In this document: piece after piece, positions 28,583 to 40,104 of the stretch | Position numbering within the stretch: position 1 is the first letter of the stretch | How the letters are laid out: the number at the start of each line of letters is the position of its first letter | Origin: Solirubrobacterales bacterium | Lineage (GTDB): Bacteria; Actinomycetota; Thermoleophilia; Solirubrobacterales; 70-9 | Assembly: GCA_033856195.1 (NCBI GenBank) | Contig: JAWVFL010000002.1 | Span: 39,662-103,661, forward strand | Length of the DNA stretch: 64,000 bases | Reading direction: 5' to 3' | Made by a program: the position numbers and the translations under genes | The notes under the pieces: model-generated | Seen by the model: the letters and a program-made list of their open reading frames with translations, nothing else | Told to the model about the DNA's origin: nothing | Database searches by the model: none

Positions 28583-30150
28583 GTAAGCGCGCCCCCAGCA
28601 CAACCCAGCTCCTCGTGATCGCCGGCTTCGCGCTGTCCTGCTTCGGCATCCTGCTCTTCCTCTGGATCACCTTCGGCGGGCCGACCCCATTCAAGGCGAA
28701 GCCCTACGAGATCAACGTGCCCTTCAAGGAGGCGACCCAGCTCGCCCAGCAGTCCGACGTGCGGATCTCCGGCGTCTCGGTCGGCAAGGTGCAGGACATC
28801 GTCCTGGCGCCCGACGGCGAACAGGCGATGGCCAAGGTCGACATCGACGACAAGTACGGGCCACTGCCGGCAAACACCCGCGCCGTGTTGCGCACGAAGA
28901 CGCTGCTCGGCGAGACCTACATCGAGCTCACCCCGGGCGACCGCGACGGCCCTAAGCTTGCCGACGGCGGCATCCTTCCCCGTGCCCAGATCGCCGAATC
29001 GGTGCAGCTCGACGAGATCTTCCGCACCTTCAACGCAAAAACCCGTGCCGCCTTCCAGAGCTGGCAGCAGGAAGCTGCCCTGTCGATCGAGGGGCAGGGG
29101 GCAAGCCTCTCCTACGCCTTCGGCGAGCTCGAACCCACGTTCACCCAGTTCGATCGCCTCTTTCGCGTCCTCGACAGCCAGCGCCTCGCGGTCAAGACGC
29201 TCTTCCGCAACGGCGCCACCTCGCTGCGCGCTCTGCGCGGCCGCCAGGGAGAGCTCGCCGCCCTGATCCAGAGCTCGAACGCGGTTTTCAGCACCACCGC
29301 CGCTCGCGACCGCGAGATCGAAGCGCTCTTCCGCGCCTTCCCCACCTTCCAGGACGAGTCAAGGCTGACGCTCGAGCGCCTGAAGAGCTTCTCGGTCAAC
29401 GCCGACCCGGTGATGAAGCAGCTCGTTCCGGTCGCCGAACAGCTCTCGCCGACCCTGATCGCCTTCTCCAGGTTTGCGCCGGAAGCGAAGGGCTTCTTCG
29501 AAGGGCTCGAACCCGTCATCGACCGCGCCCCTACCGGCTTCCCCGCCGTGCGCAAGCTCTTCCGGGACGAGTTTCCGCCGCTGCTGCGCGCCATCGATCC
29601 GTTCCTGCGCAACCTCAACCCTGTCCTCACCGGTCTCGGCCTCTACAAGCATGAGCTGACCGCGACGATGGGCAATATCGCCTCGATGACCAATGCCGAA
29701 TTGGTAGACGAAAATGCTGCGGGTGAGAAGCTCCACTACCTGCGCGCTATGGGTCCCTTCACCCCGGAATCACTGGCCACCTATCCCAGCCGCACGACCA
29801 TCGGGCGATCAAACGCCTATCCGCAGCCTTTGGCGACGAAAAGTCTCGCCACCGGATTCCCGAGCTTCGACACTCGCGGCTGCACATCGGGCGTGACAGC
29901 AACTCTCGATCCCGAAACCTACAAAAATCCGGTGTTCGCGGAACGCTCCAAACAGGCGAACAAGACACCCGAAGAGAACGAAAAATTCTCTAAGTCCTTC
30001 TTCGATGCGCTGAAAAAGTACGCCTTCGCCGAACAAACCGACTCGGCGTTGGTCCCGGCGCCTGGCTGCTATCAACAGGCGCCCTTCAACCCGATCGGCA
30101 GAAGCGGCCCGTCGACGACCTACCAGCACACGTTCGAACAGAGCGAATAG
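28579..30150 (+). CDS. MCE family protein 6 of 6.
   Basis: The ATG at 28579 overlaps the upstream TGA. It has a TM helix plus an MCE domain (LAQQSDVRISGVSVGKVQDIVL). Confidence 0.8.
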   Translation: MSKRAPSTTQLLVIAGFALSCFGILLFLWITFGGPTPFKAKPYEINVPFKEATQLAQQSDVRISGVSVGKVQDIVLAPDGEQAMAKVDIDDKYGPLPANTRAVLRTKTLLGETYIELTPGDRDGPKLADGGILPRAQIAESVQLDEIFRTFNAKTRAAFQSWQQEAALSIEGQGASLSYAFGELEPTFTQFDRLFRVLDSQRLAVKTLFRNGATSLRALRGRQGELAALIQSSNAVFSTTAARDREIEALFRAFPTFQDESRLTLERLKSFSVNADPVMKQLVPVAEQLSPTLIAFSRFAPEAKGFFEGLEPVIDRAPTGFPAVRKLFRDEFPPLLRAIDPFLRNLNPVLTGLGLYKHELTATMGNIASMTNAELVDENAAGEKLHYLRAMGPFTPESLATYPSRTTIGRSNAYPQPLATKSLATGFPSFDTRGCTSGVTATLDPETYKNPVFAERSKQANKTPEENEKFSKSFFDALKKYAFAEQTDSALVPAPGCYQQAPFNPIGRSGPSTTYQHTFEQSE

Positions 30151-30793
30151 CTCTCGCGGCGCTAACTCTCGGTTTGCGAGATCGCAGAAGTGGTTGGAGC
30201 CTGTCCGGAGGCTGCCGGTTTTTATCCCGCAGTAAGAAAACGTTGTCATCAACGATCGCTGATCGGGTTAAATGGCCCGTGAGGATTCGTACTCTCTGGC
30301 TACGATCATCTGCGATTCCGACGATGATCCTAGTCGGGGGATCTTGGTGCATCTGCCCATCAATCACTACGCTCGCAAGTCCATGCTTAATCACGACTGA
30401 CGTTGGAGCGCATACCTGACCGATGCTCCCGTCTGCTTCTTTGCTCACGATGCACAAAAAGCCGTCTCCTGGAATGACCCAAAATCCCCGCTGAGATCGA
30501 ATTGGTATGCGCTGGGCAAAGGCAAAATTTATACCATAGGTTGAGGCGGGTATCACCGCTCTAACATCTGCGGGCAGCCCCTCCGGCGCGGTATCGAGAA
30601 GCGAAAAGCTACGACGAAGCTTTGTTTCGACATGCTGCACGATTGGGAGATGCATAGAAATAGCATCCCTACCAGAGGGAGGGTGTTCAGTTAGGACCGG
30701 CCATTCCTGGGAGGATCCGCAACCTGCGAAAATCGCAAAAGTCACCAGGCCGACGCTAATGCGCCAGCCCGGTGACTTTTGAGGGGAGTCCAC
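30086..30793 (-). CDS. Putative lipoprotein, hypothetical (in the low-G+C island).
   Basis: A GTG at 30791-30793 gives a signal peptide ending in the lipobox FAGC. The 3' tail overlaps the end of the last MCE gene. The start and the stop are both uncertain. Confidence 0.4.
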   Translation of the reverse strand: MDSPQKSPGWRISVGLVTFAIFAGCGSSQEWPVLTEHPPSGRDAISMHLPIVQHVETKLRRSFSLLDTAPEGLPADVRAVIPASTYGINFAFAQRIPIRSQRGFWVIPGDGFLCIVSKEADGSIGQVCAPTSVVIKHGLASVVIDGQMHQDPPTRIIVGIADDRSQRVRILTGHLTRSAIVDDNVFLLRDKNRQPPDRLQPLLRSRKPRVSAARAIRSVRTCAGRSSTGRFCRSG

Positions 30794-30822
30794 CTTGCCC
30801 TTAATGTAAAAGAGGGGTAGCG

Positions 30823-31335
30823 CTATCCACAGGTGATGCAGGTCTGCGTCCCACTTACATGAGCCCCTGATCCAGTTGTGTTGTTCCGAAGGACGCCCCG
30901 TCGCCAAACCCCATCCTCGGCGAACCACTTTACTCCGGTGTAGTTATTCGAACCGGGGGTACATAGCCAGCTAGAGCTCACGTCGCCTTTATTGTTCAGG
31001 ACACTGACACAAGCACTGTGCTCGTAGCTCTGCCCCGATACGGCCCAAAGATAGCCCCCGAGATTAGCTGCACACTTATCCCCAGCTTGACCGTACGGCG
31101 CCACCCACGAGTAGCTGCAAATTGACATGTTGCCTTGGACGTCTGCCTGGGCCCTAGTCAAAGGCCCGGTCGAAAGCCAGACGGTGGCGAGAAGCGCCAG
31201 AATTGCCGAAGCGATCAGCCTATACCTCCGAAAGTGGCTAGGAACGTGACCCGAAACGTCGGTAAGTTGATTCAACTGAATTCCTTTCAGTAGAGGGAGC
31301 TTTGACCCTCTCTGATATGAGTTACTGAAACGCAT
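30823..31335 (-). CDS. Small secreted Cys-rich protein, hypothetical.
   Basis: It has a TM/signal segment (LIASAILALLATVWLSTGPLTRAQA). The mature part is about 105 aa with 7 Cys and ends CITCG. The gene has lower G+C. Confidence 0.5.
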   Translation of the reverse strand: MRFSNSYQRGSKLPLLKGIQLNQLTDVSGHVPSHFRRYRLIASAILALLATVWLSTGPLTRAQADVQGNMSICSYSWVAPYGQAGDKCAANLGGYLWAVSGQSYEHSACVSVLNNKGDVSSSWLCTPGSNNYTGVKWFAEDGVWRRGVLRNNTTGSGAHVSGTQTCITCG

Positions 31336-31374
31336 TGCGATCTGGCAATTCTCCGCCGTTGAAACTTGACGATG

Positions 31375-32577
31375 TCAAGTCGCAGGGTTGAACAAGACTT
31401 CAGTTTTGGCTGGACTTGCCAAGTCGTCTAGGGCGAGCGCTGTTTCGATCTCGGAGGCGCAGGCAGAAAGCGGCCGCCCGACCCGGTCTTCTACTGACTT
31501 CAGCCTGTTCAAAACGGTTTGACGGCTGACTTTCAGCGCAGCTGCCGTCGAGGCACCATTGCGATTCGCGGCAAAATAAGCACGGAGAGTGAGTCGAAGG
31601 GTTACGCCGCCATCGGATGCACCGGATAGCGGCGCAAGGTAGAGGTCACGAAGCGACGCTGACAGCAGCTCATCTCGCGCTATTGAGGCGAGGGTGGCAA
31701 CGTTCGCATAGCGGATGAGGCTGCCGGGACGACGCGCGGCGATAGCGAATGCCGCTTCGGCTTGGTGATAGGTACGACGCCAGCCAGCTAAGCCGCAAGC
31801 AGCCTCGCCAATAGCCAGAGTAACTCGTTCCGGCCAGTGAGAGGCTACGAGCTCTTCGATCTGGCCGATATCAGGTTGCTCTCTGCGCCCGAGCCACGCC
31901 CAGACCGTGTGGTTGCCATTACGGACAAGGAACGCAACGCAGTCGAGGGCATTGGCCAGCCCCGTGACCACACTCAAAGCGCCGGGACCACCCGCGATCG
32001 CCGCAATGTGACAGACATCAAAGTCATACCGCAGCTCGCTGGTGTCGAGAGCTTCACCTGCGAGCAATCCCTTTACAATCGCGAGCCGTCTCAGTGTAGG
32101 AGACACAACTCTTTCGCTTTCCAGCCTGTGCTCTTCACTGACGGCAGCAACTAGTCGGTCGAAAAGGACGCCTTGGATGCGCAGCAGATCAGAGAGCTTC
32201 ACCCGCTCTACAAGGCCGGCTTCTTCCGCCTCTTTTGTCAAGAGGTCTTTAACGAGTGTGTCGCACGCTGCGTAGCGCCGCACAACGGCATCGACGGGCA
32301 AACCGTTGCGAGCAGCGAGCCTTGCCTGGCTGAGCAGCACCGCCGGGATCGGCCGCATATGCAGTTCGCTGCACTTGATCGCATCAAGCCCATAGGTGAG
32401 GCCTGCAGTTACGGCCCTTGGTAGGCCATCCACATATTCGGGATCGGTAATGCCAGCGCTGTCGGCGACCGATTTGATCCGATTGAGAAGATCGCGCTCG
32501 ATTTCATCTCGCCGGGCTTCGAGCCGAGCGCAGATTGCCTGGCGGTCCTGCCGTAACGAGTGTAAGCCCACGCGCAC
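31375..32577 (-). CDS. PucR/CdaR-like transcriptional regulator.
   Basis: The C-terminal HTH (TLRAYFAANRNGASTAAALKVSRQTVLNRLKSVE) is typical of the PucR C-terminal domain. Confidence 0.65.
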   Translation of the reverse strand: MRVGLHSLRQDRQAICARLEARRDEIERDLLNRIKSVADSAGITDPEYVDGLPRAVTAGLTYGLDAIKCSELHMRPIPAVLLSQARLAARNGLPVDAVVRRYAACDTLVKDLLTKEAEEAGLVERVKLSDLLRIQGVLFDRLVAAVSEEHRLESERVVSPTLRRLAIVKGLLAGEALDTSELRYDFDVCHIAAIAGGPGALSVVTGLANALDCVAFLVRNGNHTVWAWLGRREQPDIGQIEELVASHWPERVTLAIGEAACGLAGWRRTYHQAEAAFAIAARRPGSLIRYANVATLASIARDELLSASLRDLYLAPLSGASDGGVTLRLTLRAYFAANRNGASTAAALKVSRQTVLNRLKSVEDRVGRPLSACASEIETALALDDLASPAKTEVLFNPAT

Positions 32578-32742
32578 CCTCCGCTACATCGCCTGCTCGG
32601 ACAACTCAATCAGTCCAAAATAGGACTCTGTTCTCATGCCGACGCGGCACTGTAACAAGTTGATGGGCGACAATGAAAAAGAGTATTTTTCCGGTCTTCG
32701 GTGTGAGTCAGGATGCCATTCGGCGGCGGTGGATCCGCAAAA

Positions 32743-32786
32743 GGGCTTGGCGTTGGCAACTTCATCAGCCGGCCACCGCCAAGCCC
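32743..32786 (-). terminator. Terminator-like hairpin in the leader region of the PucR-like gene.
   Basis: The stem is gggcttggcg / cgccaagccc (10 bp) with a 24-nt loop. It is followed on the minus strand by TTTTGCGG. Confidence 0.35.
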
Positions 32787-32795
32787 CTGCCTATC

Positions 32796-32855
32796 TCATC
32801 GCGGCTTGACGGTCGAAACTGCAGGAATCACTGGCGATACCGACTTGATTGTCAT
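32796..32855 (-). other. 19-codon mini-ORF (MTIKSVSPVIPAVSTVKPR) with an SD-like GAAGGGGG; a possible leader.
   Basis: The ATG is at 32853-32855 and the TGA at 32796-32798. It is followed on the same strand by a 10-bp hairpin (32743-32786) and TTTTG. Confidence 0.2.
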
Positions 32856-32880
32856 GGGCACCCCCTTCTAGTTATCTGAT

Positions 32881-32894
32881 TCAAGAATTCTTGA
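32881..32894. promoter_or_regulatory. Perfect 14-bp palindrome TCAAGAATTCTTGA in an AT-rich divergent promoter region; a candidate operator.
   Basis: It was read directly from the sequence. It lies between the divergent PucR-like and ArsR-like genes. Confidence 0.4.
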
Positions 32895-33036
32895 TTAAAA
32901 TAAGAAGATTAAAGCAATCAATAAGGATTGATGCGTAGCGCTCGCTTTGCATGTACTTTCCGGTCTAAACAGCGGGGCTGTACCGAATTGGCGAACTACC
33001 GGTACCGCCTCAAAGCGAGAGGAGCTACCGGGGCCC

Positions 33037-33678
33037 ATGGCAAAGCAGCAGAAGAAGAAGGCAGACCGCAAGAAGAGCGATGAACTAGTCGATCAGAAGC
33101 TCATCGCCGGTCTTGGGCACCCACTGAGAGTGCGCTGCCTCGCCCTTCTATGCGACAAAACGTGGAGTCCTCGCCAACTCTCGGATGAGCTCTGTGAGGG
33201 GCTAAGCCAAGTCTCCTACCACATCAAAGTGCTTCGGGAAACAGGCTTGATCGAGCCGGCAGGTACGCGCCCGGCTCGCGGAGCCACCGAGCACTTCTAT
33301 CGCTCCGTTCACCCGCTCGTCATTCCTGAGGGTCTTTGGTCGAAGCTCCCCAAGGGTGCGCGGATGAAAATCGTGGGGGACGTGCTGAAGGACATCGATA
33401 ATGACGTGACCGCGTCCGTCAAGGCCGGAACCTTTGACGGCCGCGAGGACTTTCATGTGAGCTGGACACCGATGCAGCTCGACGACAAGGGCTGCAAAGA
33501 GCTGGCAGCCAAGACCGATCGCTTTATGGAAGAGCTCCTAGAGGTCCAAGCCGAATCTTCAAAACGACTCGCAGAGGAGCCCGGCGAGGCAATCCCCACC
33601 TCCGCGGCGATACTGGTTTTCGGATCGGCCCGCGGCTCCGATGACGGCAGGAGAGCTTCAGCCCGCAAGCGCGGCTGA
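33037..33678 (+). CDS. ArsR-family winged-helix regulator with a basic N-tail and an extra C-terminal domain.
   Basis: LGHPLRVRCLALLCDKTWSPRQLSDELCEGLSQVSYHIKVLRETGLIE is an ArsR-type HTH. The Met at 33037 (MAKQQKKK) is preferred over the Met at 32947. Confidence 0.65.
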   Translation: MAKQQKKKADRKKSDELVDQKLIAGLGHPLRVRCLALLCDKTWSPRQLSDELCEGLSQVSYHIKVLRETGLIEPAGTRPARGATEHFYRSVHPLVIPEGLWSKLPKGARMKIVGDVLKDIDNDVTASVKAGTFDGREDFHVSWTPMQLDDKGCKELAAKTDRFMEELLEVQAESSKRLAEEPGEAIPTSAAILVFGSARGSDDGRRASARKRG

Positions 33679-33914
33679 GCACGTTTTTGGCGCTAGGAGT
33701 TCGTTCGAAGGAGAGTGCATGCCGAGGTAGTCGGCTCACCCGGCATCGCCGAGTTGGCATCGGTAGATGACGGCTTGGCCTAGTCCTCAACTTGCGGTGA
33801 TCGTCGCCTCTGTTTCGTCCGCAAAGGGCGGATTCACGATTCGCCACAGAGCGGCCGCTTGACTACCTTGCGCTGACCCGGTCTACCGCCGGCCCAGGTT
33901 CCACACTGAGATAC

Positions 33915-36608
33915 ATGGCTTCCGCTCCCACAGCCCACGTTCCGCCGCAGAACATTGAGGCGGAGGAATCGGTGCTGGGCGCGATGCTGGTCTCCGAGCC
34001 GACGCTGACGCGGGTGATCGACGAGGTCAAGCTCAACGCGGGCGACTTCTATCTGGAGAAGCACGCGGCGATCTTCACCTGTGCTCACGATCTCTACGCG
34101 GCCTCCAAGCCGGTAGACGAGCTCAGCGTCACCGAGGCGCTGGTGCAGCGCAACCAGATCGAGGGGGCCGGTGGCAAGCACTACGTCTCCGAGCTGGCCG
34201 CCAAGGTCCCAGCCGCCGGCAACGCCAAGCACTACGCCGAGATCGTCCAGCAGAACTCGCTGCTCCGCCGCCTGCTCGGCGCCGGCCAGCAGATCCAAGG
34301 CTGGGTGCACGAGCGCGACGGCGAACCACGCGAGCTCTCCGAGCGGGCCGAGAAGCTGCTTTTCGACGTCGCCCACAAAGAGCAGGCGAGCGACTTCAAA
34401 CTGCTCTCGGAGATCCTCCACCTCGAGGTCGACCGCCTCGAGAAGCTCTCCACTGGCGAGCTCGAGCTGACCGGCACCCCGTCCGGCTTCCGCGACATCG
34501 ACTCGATCACCGGGGGATTCCAGCCGGGGAACTTGATCATCGTGGCTGCACGGCCGGCGATGGGGAAGTGCCAATCCGCACAAAGTCTGGTGTATGACCC
34601 TAGTACGGGCGCTCGCCGGCGGGTGGCAGAGCTCTTCGCGGCGCACACTCGAGGTGAGGAGGTGTGGGTTGCTTCTCTGGGTCCCGACCTGCAGATGAAG
34701 CCTGCAAAGGTCGCTGCGATAGAGAGCAATGGTCGTAAGAAGGTGTACCGGCTGACCACGCGCCTGGGCAGGTGGACCGAGGCCACCGCGAACCACCCCG
34801 TGCTGACCAGCTCCGGTTGGCGGGAGTTGGGCGATGTCGAACCGGCCATGAGGGTCGCCGTCCCGCGTCGCCTTCCTGGACCCAACAGGAGTGCCGAGCT
34901 TCCAGACGCGGAGGTTGTTTTGCTCGCCGCCCTCATCGCCGACGGATCGATCGGAGGTGGAACTCCGGCCTACTGCTACGGCTCAGATTCCGGTGTCGTC
35001 TCGGTAGTGGAGGAGGCCGCTCAGGAATATGGCGTTCGGTTCAAGCCGGCGCGGCGAGATGCCAAGGGGAGTTCGTATCTGACCTCGGGCAATCGACGAG
35101 GCGGAAATCCGGTCAGTCAAATGCTGTGTGGCCATGGGCTCATGGGTCTTCGCTCCGCGGAGAAGTTTGTCCCGGACGCAGTCTTCGGACTTGGCGACGA
35201 TCAGATTGCCCGCTTTCTCGGCGTCATGTACGCCTGCGACGGGCACGTCTACTGCAGCGACCGCCTGGCGCAGATCGGCTACACGACGATCAGCGAGCGC
35301 TTGGCCCGAGACGTTCAGCATCTGCTGCTGCGCTTGGGCATCGTGGCGACGATCAGAACGTTGAAGCGCCCTGCCTATGACGGGACGGGAAAAGTTGCCC
35401 GGGAGGTCAGGATCACCGGGCAGGCCGGCATGCGGCGGTTCTGCGAGCTGATTGCCGTCCCCGGCAAGGAGGAGAAACAAGCCGAGGTCTTGGGGCGGAT
35501 TGCTGTCTCACCACGGTCGACGAATACAGACACGTTGCCAGCCGAGATCTGGGACGATATTTTGCTTGCCAAGGGCGACCGTCCTTGGGCCGACGTCAGC
35601 GAGTCGACCGGTCGGCCGCGCAACCACAACTGGCACATCGGCGGGCGCTGTCCCTCACCGGGGTTGGTGGCGGAGCTCGCAACGGCGACTGCATCGCCGG
35701 CCCTCGAGGAGCTCTGCGACTCGGACATCTGGTGGGACGAAGTCGAGTCGGTCGAGTACGTGGGCGAAGAAGAGACTTACGACCTCGACGTCCCCGGGCT
35801 GCGCAATTTCGTCGCCGACGACATCATCGTCCACAACAGCGCCCTGGTCGCCAACATCGCCGAAAACGTGGCGGTCAAGCGGCAGCGGCCGGTTGCCTTC
35901 TTCTCGCTCGAGATGTCCGAGGTCGAGCTGGCCCAGCGCTTCATCGCCTGCCGGGCGCGGATCTCCGGCGACAAGCTGCGCAAGGGCCAGGTCTCCCAGA
36001 AGGACTGGCCGAAGGTGGTGCGGGCCTGCAACGAGCTGGAGGAAGCGCCACTCTGGTTTGACGACTCCTCTGACCTCGGCGTGCTCGACCTGCGGGCCAA
36101 GGCGCGTCGCCTGCACGCCCAGGAACAAGACAAGGGCGGGCTCGGGCTGATCATCGTCGACTACCTGCAGCTGATGCGCACCGACGATCCCCGCGCCAAC
36201 CGGGTCGAGCAGGTGGGGCAGATCAGCCGCGGGCTGAAGATCCTCGCCCGCGAGCTGGAGGTGCCGGTGCTGGCTATCTCCCAGCTCTCACGCGCGCCCG
36301 AGCAGCGCCACCCGCCCAAGCCGATGCTCTCCGATCTGCGCGAATCCGGGAACCTCGAGCAGGACGCCGACGTCGTCGCCTTCCTCTTCCGCGAGGACTA
36401 CTATCGCGACCCCGAAGACGAGCCCGACGGCCTCGCCGACCTGATCATCGCCAAGCATAGGAACGGGCCGATCGCCTCGCCGAAGCTGGTCTTCCTCGAC
36501 CGCTTCCCCAAGTTCGCCGACTTCGCCGGCCAGGACCAGCCGATCGAGCAGCCCGCCGGCGAGGGCTCGCCGATCGACGACGTGGCGGCCGCGGGGCCGG
36601 AGTTCTAG
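33915..36608 (+). CDS. dnaB: Replicative DNA helicase DnaB, interrupted by an intein in the P-loop.
   Basis: The N-terminus PPQNIEAEESVLGAML is canonical. Walker A is split as ARPAMGK | intein | SALVANIA. The C-terminal half carries LIIVDYLQLM and ISQLSR. Confidence 0.95.
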   Translation: MASAPTAHVPPQNIEAEESVLGAMLVSEPTLTRVIDEVKLNAGDFYLEKHAAIFTCAHDLYAASKPVDELSVTEALVQRNQIEGAGGKHYVSELAAKVPAAGNAKHYAEIVQQNSLLRRLLGAGQQIQGWVHERDGEPRELSERAEKLLFDVAHKEQASDFKLLSEILHLEVDRLEKLSTGELELTGTPSGFRDIDSITGGFQPGNLIIVAARPAMGKCQSAQSLVYDPSTGARRRVAELFAAHTRGEEVWVASLGPDLQMKPAKVAAIESNGRKKVYRLTTRLGRWTEATANHPVLTSSGWRELGDVEPAMRVAVPRRLPGPNRSAELPDAEVVLLAALIADGSIGGGTPAYCYGSDSGVVSVVEEAAQEYGVRFKPARRDAKGSSYLTSGNRRGGNPVSQMLCGHGLMGLRSAEKFVPDAVFGLGDDQIARFLGVMYACDGHVYCSDRLAQIGYTTISERLARDVQHLLLRLGIVATIRTLKRPAYDGTGKVAREVRITGQAGMRRFCELIAVPGKEEKQAEVLGRIAVSPRSTNTDTLPAEIWDDILLAKGDRPWADVSESTGRPRNHNWHIGGRCPSPGLVAELATATASPALEELCDSDIWWDEVESVEYVGEEETYDLDVPGLRNFVADDIIVHNSALVANIAENVAVKRQRPVAFFSLEMSEVELAQRFIACRARISGDKLRKGQVSQKDWPKVVRACNELEEAPLWFDDSSDLGVLDLRAKARRLHAQEQDKGGLGLIIVDYLQLMRTDDPRANRVEQVGQISRGLKILARELEVPVLAISQLSRAPEQRHPPKPMLSDLRESGNLEQDADVVAFLFREDYYRDPEDEPDGLADLIIAKHRNGPIASPKLVFLDRFPKFADFAGQDQPIEQPAGEGSPIDDVAAAGPEF
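34569..35837 (+). mobile_element. DnaB intein (423 aa) with a LAGLIDADG homing-endonuclease domain.
   Basis: It starts with Cys (CQSAQSLVYD). Block B is TANHPVLT. The LAGLIDADG-like motifs are LLAALIADGSI and FLGVMYACDGHV. It ends IIVHN, followed by the +1 Ser. Confidence 0.9.
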
Positions 36609-39462
<2,854 letters not shown>

Positions 39463-39494
39463 CGTCAACGATTGTATTCGATCGGCCTGAGCGT

Positions 39495-40019
39495 TCAGTT
39501 CAACTGTTTGGGAGAGAGGGAAGCGATCTTCCACTCGCTGCCTTCGCGGTTCAGCGGCATCGTGTAGACGGCTTCGCTGCCTCCGTAATAGATCAGAAAC
39601 GCCCGTGGGCCCTGTTCGCGCAGGCTGCCGGCGTCGACGATCGTGCTTTCCTTTCGTTCCTCGGCCGAGAGACGCATGAAGGCTCCGAGGAAGGATGGGC
39701 ACGACGTGTCCACGAGACCCGTCGCCGTCGTCGCCAGGTGCTTGATTTTGTCCAGCACCGAGCGCGAGAGCTGAGCACAGGTGCCCGCCCAGTCTCCCTC
39801 GGCGCGCGCCGCGAAGAAGCCCTGGACCACCTCCGCACCTTCTTCGAGCGCCGATTTGCTGCCCTCTTCGCCGAAATCGAGGAGGGCGCTTTTGGTCTGG
39901 TCGCGGAACTGGTCGGAGCCGCCGTCCGATCCGGAGCTTCCACACGCGCCGAGGACGGCCGCCGCCAGCGCTGCCGAGACGAGCATGAGAAGCGGTCGCG
40001 TTGCGTCCTGCCCGATCAC
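39495..40019 (-). CDS. Lipoprotein (tandem paralog 2).
   Basis: The signal peptide ends in the lipobox LGAC. The C-terminal domain is homologous to that of the downstream gene. Confidence 0.6.
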   Translation of the reverse strand: MIGQDATRPLLMLVSAALAAAVLGACGSSGSDGGSDQFRDQTKSALLDFGEEGSKSALEEGAEVVQGFFAARAEGDWAGTCAQLSRSVLDKIKHLATTATGLVDTSCPSFLGAFMRLSAEERKESTIVDAGSLREQGPRAFLIYYGGSEAVYTMPLNREGSEWKIASLSPKQLN

Positions 40020-40104
40020 GGCGGCGATTGTAGTGGCCGTCTTCCAATAGAGACACGCAGGTACAGAAGTCGCGCGGCCCGGTCTTCTGGTCTACAGTCT
40101 GAGC

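Noticed and set aside
32673-32879. A 68-aa plus-strand ORF in the island intergenic region.
   Set aside because: It is Arg/Trp-rich with an implausible composition, has no RBS and overlaps the hairpin. It is more likely non-coding leader or promoter DNA.
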